32,000 bases of DNA from Abditibacterium sp. GTDB taxonomy: Bacteria; Armatimonadota; Abditibacteriia; Abditibacteriales; Abditibacteriaceae. Positions 16,761 through 24,797 of the stretch are shown here, in pieces. The position numbers and the translations under genes are program-made. Positions within the stretch are counted from its first letter, which is position 1; the number at the start of each line of letters is the position of its first letter. Location: assembly GCA_965199495.1 (NCBI GenBank), contig CBDASK010000003.1, positions 441,212 through 473,211 on the forward strand, given 5' to 3'. Below the pieces are notes generated by a model. That model saw only the letters and a list, made by a program, of their open reading frames with translations, was not told where the DNA came from and made no database searches.

Positions 16761-17909
16761 TCAGTGCGAGTGCGGCTTGGCCTCGTCCCCACCGTGCGGC
16801 GCCGCTTCGCCCTGCGCGCCCGTGGTCGCAGCCACGTCCACCACAAACGCCGCCGTGATGATGCGATTCTGATGCTGGAACTGGCCCCACACTTTGTAAA
16901 GCCCGGCCTTGGGGAAGTTGGTGTGAAACATCACGTCCGGCCCGCCGCTCATCGGTTTGTCGAGCTTAATCGCGCCAGTTTTGGCATCGGCACTTTTGGG
17001 CGCATCCATCTTCATATCGCCCATTTTGTCGTCGCCCATTTTCATGTCGCCCATCGAATGATCCATGCCCGCCATTTTGCCATCGGCTCCCATCGGGTGC
17101 GAGTGCAGATACAAATTGGTATCGTTGGACAGAATTACGCAATGGCCCATCGCGCCCAAATAGGGCTGCAAATCTTTGACGGGCACGCCTTTATCATTGC
17201 GAATCTGAAAATGTAGCATGGTGTCTTGGCCCGCGACAATCGGCGAGGGCATCGGCATCAGCGCGACTTCGTAAGGCTTGCCACCGGTCTCTTCCGGCTC
17301 GCCTTCGGGATGCGAGTTGAATTTGTTCACCAGCCACATTCCCTGCGGTTTGTCGGGCGTTAAAGTCACGTTGGCCGCTTTGACGGTTTCTCCGGCGGTG
17401 GCGAACTCGAACTGCGGAATTTCCTGTCCGATGCCCTTAACGGTATAATCGGCGTAGAGCTTGTAAGTGCCCGCAGTGGGCAACGCGGTCGTGACGACGA
17501 ATTTGCCGTCGCCTTTAAATTCGGGATGGATGTGGTTGAACCACGACAGATCGTTTTTGACCACGATGAGGTGCATCTTTTTGGTCATCTCGATCTCGAA
17601 ATCGTTGATGTTATCGCCGCTTTTGGCGTCGGTGATTTGCAGCGTCCAAGTCGCCGGTTTGCCGACCGGAATCGCGGCGGGCGCGCTGCTAAAAGCGAGT
17701 TTGGTGGCGTTGGTGGGCGGCTTCATTTCGCCCATCGCATCGTCACGACGCGCGCTGGCTTTAGCGTCGTCCGCAACGGCCACAACGTTCGCATCGCTGG
17801 TGTCAGCAACTTCGGTTGTCGTTGGTGCCGCGTTGTTGCAGCCCGCAATGAAGAGCGCGCCACTGAGAAGAGCAAGGCCCAGAACGGGCAGTTTGAGGTA
17901 AGTTTTCAT
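16761..17909 (-). CDS. Met/His-rich periplasmic lipoprotein, probable Cu(I)/Ag(I)-binding
   Basis: Lipobox LFIAGC. HSHPMGADGKMAGMDHSMGDMKMGDDKMGDMKMD resembles the MDHSxM / MxxM tracts of CopA/PcoA-type copper proteins. The C-terminus is PHGGDEAKPHSH. Confidence 0.85.
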   Translation of the reverse strand: MKTYLKLPVLGLALLSGALFIAGCNNAAPTTTEVADTSDANVVAVADDAKASARRDDAMGEMKPPTNATKLAFSSAPAAIPVGKPATWTLQITDAKSGDNINDFEIEMTKKMHLIVVKNDLSWFNHIHPEFKGDGKFVVTTALPTAGTYKLYADYTVKGIGQEIPQFEFATAGETVKAANVTLTPDKPQGMWLVNKFNSHPEGEPEETGGKPYEVALMPMPSPIVAGQDTMLHFQIRNDKGVPVKDLQPYLGAMGHCVILSNDTNLYLHSHPMGADGKMAGMDHSMGDMKMGDDKMGDMKMDAPKSADAKTGAIKLDKPMSGGPDVMFHTNFPKAGLYKVWGQFQHQNRIITAAFVVDVAATTGAQGEAAPHGGDEAKPHSH

Positions 17910-17949
17910 GTTGGTGTTTGGTTGGTTATTTTGGAGTTATGGAAGTGGT

Positions 17950-20649
17950 TTAGGCACCACGCGCCGCTTGAGCGCGCAACGCCGCCGCGCCCTCGGTCAC
18001 CACGACATCGCTTTGTCCGATGCCGCTTTTGATTTCAGTGCGCCCGGCACTGGTGTTGCCGGTTGTGACTTCGCGGCGCTCGTAACGAGAGCCTTTAACG
18101 ACGAACACGATTTTGGCGGCGCCGTCTTCCAGAACCGCGTCGGCAGGAACGGTCAGCGAGGGGTTGCCCACGCCGGTTTGGATTTGCCCGCGCACAAATA
18201 CGCCGGGGCGCAGAGAGCCGGGGTTATCAATGGTGGCGCGCGCCGTCAAAGCGCGGGTTTGCGGGTCAACCTGCGAACCGATATAAGAGAGACGGCCCTC
18301 GAACCGCTTGCCGGGCGCGGCATCGCTGGTTAAAGTCACACTGTCACCGATATTCACGCGCGCAGCGTCGGCCTCGAACAAAGCCGCTTCGAGCGCGACG
18401 CTATCGAGATTGACGACCGTCATCAAAGGCGCGTCGGCTTGCACCAGTTCGCCCAAAGCCACGTCACGCGATTGCACGATGCCCGCGATAGGCGCGCGAA
18501 CCGGCATGTCCACACTGGAACCGGGCGAACTTTGCAGCAGCTTGAGAGCATTGCGCGCGGCGTCGGCATCGGCCTGGGCGCTCACCAGAGCGGCGCGCGC
18601 GGCCTGAATTTGCGCGGTGTTGTTGAGGCCCGCGTTGTAAACCTTGCGTTCGCGCCCCAGCGTCGAGTTGGCGACCTCGAGAGCGCGTTGCGCTTTATAA
18701 AGTCCAGCCTGGGCGCTCTGCACTCCGGCGCGGGCGTTGCCCAACTGACTACGATTGGCGATGTTCGCGCTAAAAATCTTCGATTCCCGATCCAGTGCCG
18801 CCTTTGCCAAGCGCACGCCCGATTGAGCTTGCGCGACCTGCGCGGTGCGCGTGGCTGCATCGGCGCGCGCGCTCGCGAGGGCGCTTTGCGCCGCCGCGAC
18901 TTCGGCGGTTCCGTTGACGTTGCTGGCCGCGATTTGCTTCTGGCGCGAGAGTTCTTGCTGAGCGGTTTTCTCGTCGGCTTGCGCGGTTTGCAGACGCGCG
19001 GTCGCGGTGTCGAAGGCTTGCTGCGCGGCTTCCAAATCGCGGCCCGAAACCAAACCCTCGCCGATTAAAGATTGAGCGCGCGATAGATTGGCGCGTGTCG
19101 TTGCCACTTCGCTCTGCGCCGCCGCGCGCGCCGATTGCGCCGCAACGAGGGAACGTTGCGCTTCCTGCGCGGGCCGCGAAACGTAAGCGCCCGACTGCGC
19201 GAGTTGCTGGCGCCTTTTCAGTTCGGCTTGTGCGCCTTTCACGCTGGCGTTGGCGTTGTTCAGCGCCGCTTGCGCAGTTTTGAGCGCCTCGGTCGCTTGC
19301 GATGCTTGAGCGCGCGCCGCTTCGAGCGCGGGATTGGCGTAACCTCCGGCACCTGCGGTTCGCGTCGCGGTGTCGAGGGCAACGCGCGCACTTTGCAACG
19401 CGGCCTGTTGCACGCGCACATCTCCGGCGGCTTCGGCTTGCGCGCGCCGCGCGGCTTCCAGAGGAGCGCGCGAAAATACGCCCGCGTTGGCCTGAGCGTT
19501 GATAACTTTCAGATTGGACTGCGCGTTTTGCAAGCGCGCCTGAGCCTGAGTAAACGCCGATTGCGCTTCGCCGATGTCACGGCTTTCGACGACCGCGACG
19601 ACTTGGCCTTGTGTCACTTTGTCGCCCTGCTTCACGTTCAGGCTCGTGACCCGGCCCGGCACGAGCGACGACACGCGCACCGACGCACCTTGATCGGGCG
19701 CAATTTGTCCGTTGAAGGCAATGCCCGTTGCCAACTGTGCGACCTTAACCGGCGCGGTTTTGATGTTCAATAAACGCGCGGTTTCGTCAGGCAACTTGAC
19801 TTCGCCGGGCGCCAGAACATTGGGCGTTGCCGTCGTAGTGCGCGCAATCAAAGTGATGCGCACGTTGCCCGCTTTCTGGGTTGCGCTCGTCTGGCCGAGT
19901 TGAATGTTGGGCGTCGCCGCTACCGCCGAAGCGGCGGGCGCGGGTTTCTCATCGTCTTCGCCGCCGTGCGCCCACACCGCTTGCGCGCCCAGGCCCAACA
20001 GCGCGACGCATAATAAGGCGGCAGTCACGGTTTCGGGCGCGGGTTTTTCGACTTTGGTGAGGCTCACGTCCGCATCTAAATCATGACGAGGACGCGATTT
20101 GCGCCTCTTGATGAGCCACGCGATGACCGCCAACGCCAGAGCGCCCAGAAGCCACGGCAACGCGCGGCGCCACAGAGTCACAGCGACGACGGCTTTGGGC
20201 AAAACAAATGTCACGGTGGTGTCGAACGGCTCGCCGGTTTGAGGAGTAACGTGCAGTTCGAGCAGATAAGTTCCCGGCTCGGAAAACTGATAAACCGGCG
20301 CATCCTCGGCGAAACGGACGATGTAATAACCGGGCGTTTTCTCCGGCTCGGCGGTCACGCGCGAGAGCAAATCGCCGTCGTCGTGCTTCAAAAAGCCGCG
20401 CACTTTGGCGTTCGCCAAAGGCGCTGAAGTGCCCGCCGCGCTTTGATTCAAATCTTCGAGATGAATTTCCAGTTCGGTTTGGGTGGCGCCACTCGGAGCG
20501 GTCGCGGCGGCGGGTTCGGACGCGGCGGCGTGATCTTCGTCGCCGTGCGCGCCCGCGCGAAGCGGCGCAGAAAGTGCCGCGATTACCAAGCACAGCGCCG
20601 TCCATTTTGCGAGAGTTTTTAAATGTTTCATTTCGGTTGGCAAAACCAT
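17950..20649 (-). CDS. Efflux RND periplasmic adaptor (MFP, CusB/CzcB class) with a fused N-terminal module and an oversized helical insertion
   Basis: 899 aa. The lipoyl halves (VSSLVPGRVTSLNVKQGDKVTQGQVVAVVES ... VRAPIAGIVQSRDV), a beta-barrel and a membrane-proximal domain (RLSYIGSQVDPQTRALTARATIDNP...LRPGVFVRGQI) are canonical. Residues 1-226 form an extra module. Residues about 356-715 are Ala/Gln-rich helical repeats. An alternative start is ATG 20631. Confidence 0.9.
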   Translation of the reverse strand: MVLPTEMKHLKTLAKWTALCLVIAALSAPLRAGAHGDEDHAAASEPAAATAPSGATQTELEIHLEDLNQSAAGTSAPLANAKVRGFLKHDDGDLLSRVTAEPEKTPGYYIVRFAEDAPVYQFSEPGTYLLELHVTPQTGEPFDTTVTFVLPKAVVAVTLWRRALPWLLGALALAVIAWLIKRRKSRPRHDLDADVSLTKVEKPAPETVTAALLCVALLGLGAQAVWAHGGEDDEKPAPAASAVAATPNIQLGQTSATQKAGNVRITLIARTTTATPNVLAPGEVKLPDETARLLNIKTAPVKVAQLATGIAFNGQIAPDQGASVRVSSLVPGRVTSLNVKQGDKVTQGQVVAVVESRDIGEAQSAFTQAQARLQNAQSNLKVINAQANAGVFSRAPLEAARRAQAEAAGDVRVQQAALQSARVALDTATRTAGAGGYANPALEAARAQASQATEALKTAQAALNNANASVKGAQAELKRRQQLAQSGAYVSRPAQEAQRSLVAAQSARAAAQSEVATTRANLSRAQSLIGEGLVSGRDLEAAQQAFDTATARLQTAQADEKTAQQELSRQKQIAASNVNGTAEVAAAQSALASARADAATRTAQVAQAQSGVRLAKAALDRESKIFSANIANRSQLGNARAGVQSAQAGLYKAQRALEVANSTLGRERKVYNAGLNNTAQIQAARAALVSAQADADAARNALKLLQSSPGSSVDMPVRAPIAGIVQSRDVALGELVQADAPLMTVVNLDSVALEAALFEADAARVNIGDSVTLTSDAAPGKRFEGRLSYIGSQVDPQTRALTARATIDNPGSLRPGVFVRGQIQTGVGNPSLTVPADAVLEDGAAKIVFVVKGSRYERREVTTGNTSAGRTEIKSGIGQSDVVVTEGAAALRAQAARGA

Positions 20650-22365
20650 TTATGGAGTCGCGGGCAGAGTTCCCGGCCCAATGCCGGTCACGGGCAAATC
20701 GCTCGATGGCGGGTTAATCGGCGGCACGACGTTGGGCGGAATCGTGTCATCGGGAATCGTTCCGGGTGCAGCCACGCCGGGCGGCGCATCAGCGCCCGTT
20801 GGATTTGAAATCGGGCCAAATAACGTGGCGGGAGGCGCGGCACCTAACGCACTTTCGAGCGCCGCTTCGCCCGTGCGCGTGCCGACTAAAGCTTGCAAAT
20901 ACTCGGTTTGGACTTGGCGCAGAGTGCGTTGCGCGTCCAAAACTTCGAGATAAGTCGAGGCGCCCGCCGCATAACCGATTTGAGTTTTGCGCAGCAAATC
21001 GAGCGTTTGCGGCACGATCTCGGTGCGATACCGCTCGACGGTTTGCCGTTGCTGCTGCAAGCGAATCAACGCCTGTTCGACTTGCGTTGTCGCCTGTTGA
21101 CGCAGGGCTTCTAATTGCGCTTGTTGAGCACGCACTTCGGCCTGTGCCGCCTTTTTCTCGCGGCCAATGCTGCCAAAATCGAAAATCGGAAGCGTAACTA
21201 CCGCGCGCAGTGCCGTGCCGCTGGAACCGTCGAAAAAGCTGCCGCGCCGCGCTTGTAATTCGACTTCAGGCAATCGCTGGCGACTGATAGCATTGACCTG
21301 CGCCTGACGCGCTTCCAAAGTCGCCTGTGCGCTCACGATGTCGGGCCGCACCAACGCGCCCGGCAATAAAGCGTCGCGTTGCGCCACTAAATCCGAGCCG
21401 ACCTGCGACGAGGCCGGAAGCGGTGCGCCACCGTTTGTCGTGGCGTTCGCCGCACCAACTGGCGCTGGTGAAACTGACACGTTAGGTAACGCTGTGCGCG
21501 GCACGTTACCTTCGAGCGAGCCGCCCGCCGCAGGAGAATTGGCGTTCGTTGAGCCGCGAACGGTTGCCGTTGAATTTAACGGCAAAGTGGCAACAGGCAC
21601 TTGCAGCACCGACGCGAAATCGGTGGCGAGGGGTAGCGAAACGCGGAGCGGCGTCTGCGGCGCGCGTCCGACGAGTTGATTCAAAGCGGCGCGGCGCGCC
21701 AAACGTTCGGCGCGCGCGGCATCGAGTTCGTCTTCGACGCGCGCGAGTTCGAGAGCGGCGCGTTGCGCTTGAACGGCGGGCACATCGCCAACCGAAGCGC
21801 GGCGCGCGGCGGCCTCACGGAACAATTGCGCGACTTGAACTTGTGTTGCACCCAGATTTTCGGCTTCCTGCGCGGCGAACAAATCGGCGACCGCGTTTTT
21901 GACCTGAACCACCAGACTGCGCTCGGCCAAGGTGTTTTGCGCCTGCGCGCCGCGCACGTTGGCGGCGAAGACTTTAGCACTCGCGCGTCGTCTGCCGAAC
22001 AGATCGAGCGGCTGCGAAATAATGATTTCGGTGTCGGCGGCGCCTCGGTCGCCGATGATGCGCGGCACGGCTTGAATCGTCGGGTTGAGAACCACGCGCG
22101 CACCGGCGGCGCGTTCTTTCGCGGCGGTCAGATTTTCGCGGGCGATGGGCAACTGCGGGTTATTTTGCAGTGCCATCTGAATCAGTTCTTCGACGGAAAT
22201 TTCGGGTTCCGCCGCCAATTCGGGCGCAAATGCGACGACGGGCGGCGTGTTGGGCGCGGGCGGCAACTCAGTTTCTACGGACTGCGCGTGCGCGGCGGAA
22301 ACTAACGCCAGGGGCGCGATGACTAAACAAACTTTGGGGAAAACGGACACAAAAAACCTCCACAT
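20650..22365 (-). CDS. TolC-family outer-membrane efflux protein with a Pro-rich C-terminal extension
   Basis: Signal peptide MWRFFVSVFPKVCLVIAPLALVSAAHA (start 22365, GAGG upstream). The two OEP repeats include LIQMALQNNPQLPIARENLTAAKER, PLDLFGRRRA and TLPIFDFGSIGREKKAAQAEV. The stop TAA directly abuts the adaptor ATG. Confidence 0.9.
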   Translation of the reverse strand: MWRFFVSVFPKVCLVIAPLALVSAAHAQSVETELPPAPNTPPVVAFAPELAAEPEISVEELIQMALQNNPQLPIARENLTAAKERAAGARVVLNPTIQAVPRIIGDRGAADTEIIISQPLDLFGRRRASAKVFAANVRGAQAQNTLAERSLVVQVKNAVADLFAAQEAENLGATQVQVAQLFREAAARRASVGDVPAVQAQRAALELARVEDELDAARAERLARRAALNQLVGRAPQTPLRVSLPLATDFASVLQVPVATLPLNSTATVRGSTNANSPAAGGSLEGNVPRTALPNVSVSPAPVGAANATTNGGAPLPASSQVGSDLVAQRDALLPGALVRPDIVSAQATLEARQAQVNAISRQRLPEVELQARRGSFFDGSSGTALRAVVTLPIFDFGSIGREKKAAQAEVRAQQAQLEALRQQATTQVEQALIRLQQQRQTVERYRTEIVPQTLDLLRKTQIGYAAGASTYLEVLDAQRTLRQVQTEYLQALVGTRTGEAALESALGAAPPATLFGPISNPTGADAPPGVAAPGTIPDDTIPPNVVPPINPPSSDLPVTGIGPGTLPATP

Positions 22366-22441
22366 TTCGCTCTGAAACGGCTTTAGCAACGCGCCACAAG
22401 ACGCGCGAAAAGCGAGGTCAAACTTCGAGAGTCGACCTGAT

Positions 22442-22993
22442 TCAGAGGGAAACGGGAGGGGCACGCCCAATCAAGGACGCGAGCGAAAGCCGTTGAGGTT
22501 TGCCAATTGGTGGCCCGGCGCGCGAGTTCAAACCGCGCAACGCATCGAAGCGGTAAATCGGCAACGCGCTGGCGGCGGCATAAATAACCGCGTGCAAATC
22601 GGCTTTGTGTTGGTGCGGCGAACCGATGGCGACAACAGTCGCGTTGACCGGTTCGCTCGAACAGGAACAGCAGGTCGCCGGAGCCTGTAACGTCGCGGCT
22701 TTAACGGCAACTTGCGCGTGATCGTGATACTCGCTGGCGTCATCGGAGTGATGGGACGCGCCAGAATCTTCATCTGCGTGAGAGTGAGATTCGCTCACTT
22801 CGACGCCGTGCGAATGCCCGCCCGCTTCGAGCGAACAATCCATCGAAGCCGCGAAAGGAGTCGAAACGAAAAGCAAGAGCGCCATCAACAGCGGCCACGC
22901 CGGACGACGCACGCCGATGCGCCACAGAGCGACCAATCCGCCCCATAGCGCGGCGGAGATGTTTCCGCGTGCGTCGTTAGTTGGCTTTCTCAT
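22442..22993 (-). CDS. His-rich, Cys-cluster secreted or membrane protein (putative metal-binding or sensing)
   Basis: The start MRKPTND... is followed by a hydrophobic segment (WPLLMALLLFVSTPFAA), then GGHSHGVEVSESHSHADEDSGASHHSDDASEYHDH, ATCCSCSS and SPHQHKADLH. It is the first gene of the efflux string. No family recognised. Confidence 0.55.
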   Translation of the reverse strand: MRKPTNDARGNISAALWGGLVALWRIGVRRPAWPLLMALLLFVSTPFAASMDCSLEAGGHSHGVEVSESHSHADEDSGASHHSDDASEYHDHAQVAVKAATLQAPATCCSCSSEPVNATVVAIGSPHQHKADLHAVIYAAASALPIYRFDALRGLNSRAGPPIGKPQRLSLASLIGRAPPVSL

Positions 22994-23184
22994 TTCGATT
23001 TTTGCCGTTGCGATTCGACCTGAGCAAAATTTTACGACAGTTGGACGCGTCCTGCAATATACGCCAGATGGGTATAACGCAAACAACAGAACTGGGTTCC
23101 TGTTTAGTGGATTCCGACTCAGCTATGGCGCCCGCGAAATCATAACTTTGAAGACAATTTCAAACGTGCATCAACATCTTTGCA

Positions 23185-23214
23185 TTGACCAAGGCAGCGA
23201 TTTTCATTTATCAT
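23185..23214 (+). promoter_or_regulatory. Sigma70-like promoter for the DUF305 gene
   Basis: TTGACC (23185-23190), an 18-nt spacer, then TATCAT (23209-23214), about 27 nt before ATG 23241. Confidence 0.35.
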
Positions 23215-23240
23215 GGAGAAAATTTATAAGTTCATCTCAC

Positions 23241-23600
23241 ATGAAAAATATCCTGCCTTACACTCTTTCTTTCGCCCTGCTGGGAGCGGCATTGGGCGCC
23301 GGAAGCACTTACGCTTTAATCCGACAAAATGAGAAGCCGCTTTTGACGGTGGATCATAGCTCGATGCAAATGGCCTCTAATTCTATGGCAGACGGATTGA
23401 AAGGCAAAACCGGCGATGAGTTCGATAAAGCGTTTATTTCGCAGATGATCGAACACCACGAAGGCGCCGTCACAATGGCAGTGCAGGCGCACCAAAACGC
23501 GCGTCACGACGAAATCAAAGCGATGGCCGAAGATATTATCAGCGCGCAAACCCGCGAAATCGATCAGATGAGAAATTGGCAGAAGCAGTGGGGTTATTAA
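23241..23600 (+). CDS. DUF305-family protein (copper-island associated)
   Basis: A signal or anchor segment is followed by DEFDKAFISQMIEHHEGAVTMA and HDEIKAMAEDIISAQTREIDQMRNW, the duplicated DUF305 helices. Confidence 0.9.
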   Translation: MKNILPYTLSFALLGAALGAGSTYALIRQNEKPLLTVDHSSMQMASNSMADGLKGKTGDEFDKAFISQMIEHHEGAVTMAVQAHQNARHDEIKAMAEDIISAQTREIDQMRNWQKQWGY

Positions 23601-23690
23601 TCGGCATCTTGCCTTGATAATAGCAGTGAAGATTTGGCCGACGCGCAAATCGCCGGGCCGCGTGGTGATTTACGCGTTGCCGTGAAACCA

Positions 23691-23726
23691 AAAACACCCG
23701 TTCGGCTCTCGCGGAACGGGTGTTTT
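23691..23726. terminator. Bidirectional terminator between convergent DUF305 and multicopper-oxidase genes
   Basis: aaaacacccgttc-ggctctcgcg-gaacgggtgtttt: a 13-bp stem flanked by A and T tracts. Confidence 0.75.
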
Positions 23727-23741
23727 AATTGCGACTTTTCT

Positions 23742-24797
23742 CTACTGCACTACGTTGAACACGCGCGCCATGCCGACTGGCGAACCGTCGGGGCCGCTCA
23801 TCATCGAGTTGCTGGTGTGATGCGGGACGTGGCAGTGAAACAGCCATTTGCCCGGTTTGTCGGGCGTGAACTCGGCCTCGAAGAAGTTGCCCGGCCCTTC
23901 GTCTTCGGTCGTGACCTGGAACTGTGCGGCGGCGGGGACTTCGTGGCCGTTGTTGGAGACGACGGTCATGTCGAAGTCGTGCTGGTGCATCGAGTGGAAC
24001 TGGTTGCTGGCGTTGTAGATGCGAATGCGAACCTTTTCGCCCACGCGCGCGGGCAGTTCCGAAGCGGCGTCGCGTGTTTTGCCGTTGATGGTGTGGGTAT
24101 TGAAGTCGCCTGTGCCCGGTGGAAATGGCATCACCGGCTGGCCCTCGCCCGGAATGAAGAACTGCTGAAGCACCATCGCGTAGTCGCGGTCAACGTGTTT
24201 GCTGACCGATTCTTTACGCGGCAACACCAGCAGAAATCCGTCCAAACCTTTCAACTCCTGCACCGCGCTATCGAAGTGAGAATGGTAGGCAAAAGTGCCG
24301 GTGTGTTGGGGCGTGAATTCGTAGGTGTAGGTTTCGCCGGGCGCAATGGGATTTAACTGGCTGATGCCAGCCACGCCGTCGTCTTCGTTGGGCGCGTGCG
24401 CGCCGTGAAAGTGAACCGTCGTAGGTTCGGGCAGTTCGTTTTTGACCACGAAACGCAATTTTTCGCCCTCGTAGGCGATGGCAGTCGGCCCTGGCGTTGA
24501 ACCGTTGTAGCCCCACACTTCGGCGGTCTGATTAGGGAAAGTTTCGATCTTTTGCTTGAAGACCTGCGCGGTCAGATGAAACTCGCGCGCGCCATTGACC
24601 ATCGTCGAGGCCAAATCCGGCACATCGGGCGTGATCGGCATCGTGGGCGCAACCTGTTGGGACGATCCCGATCCGGTCGAACCCGTGTTGCTGGTGAGGC
24701 CGCTTCCGCCGCCGCCACATCCGCTCAGGGCGGCCAGAATCATCGAACCGACCAGCACAAACTTCAAAGACTTCTCGAAATAGAACAATACAATCAA
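23742..24797 (-). CDS. Multicopper oxidase, small (about 350 aa, probably two-domain) lipoprotein
   Basis: Lipobox LAALSGC. The copper ligand motifs occur in order: VHFHGAH, AYHSH, HSMHQHDF, FHCHVPHHTSNSMM. Confidence 0.93.
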   Translation of the reverse strand: MIVLFYFEKSLKFVLVGSMILAALSGCGGGGSGLTSNTGSTGSGSSQQVAPTMPITPDVPDLASTMVNGAREFHLTAQVFKQKIETFPNQTAEVWGYNGSTPGPTAIAYEGEKLRFVVKNELPEPTTVHFHGAHAPNEDDGVAGISQLNPIAPGETYTYEFTPQHTGTFAYHSHFDSAVQELKGLDGFLLVLPRKESVSKHVDRDYAMVLQQFFIPGEGQPVMPFPPGTGDFNTHTINGKTRDAASELPARVGEKVRIRIYNASNQFHSMHQHDFDMTVVSNNGHEVPAAAQFQVTTEDEGPGNFFEAEFTPDKPGKWLFHCHVPHHTSNSMMSGPDGSPVGMARVFNVVQ

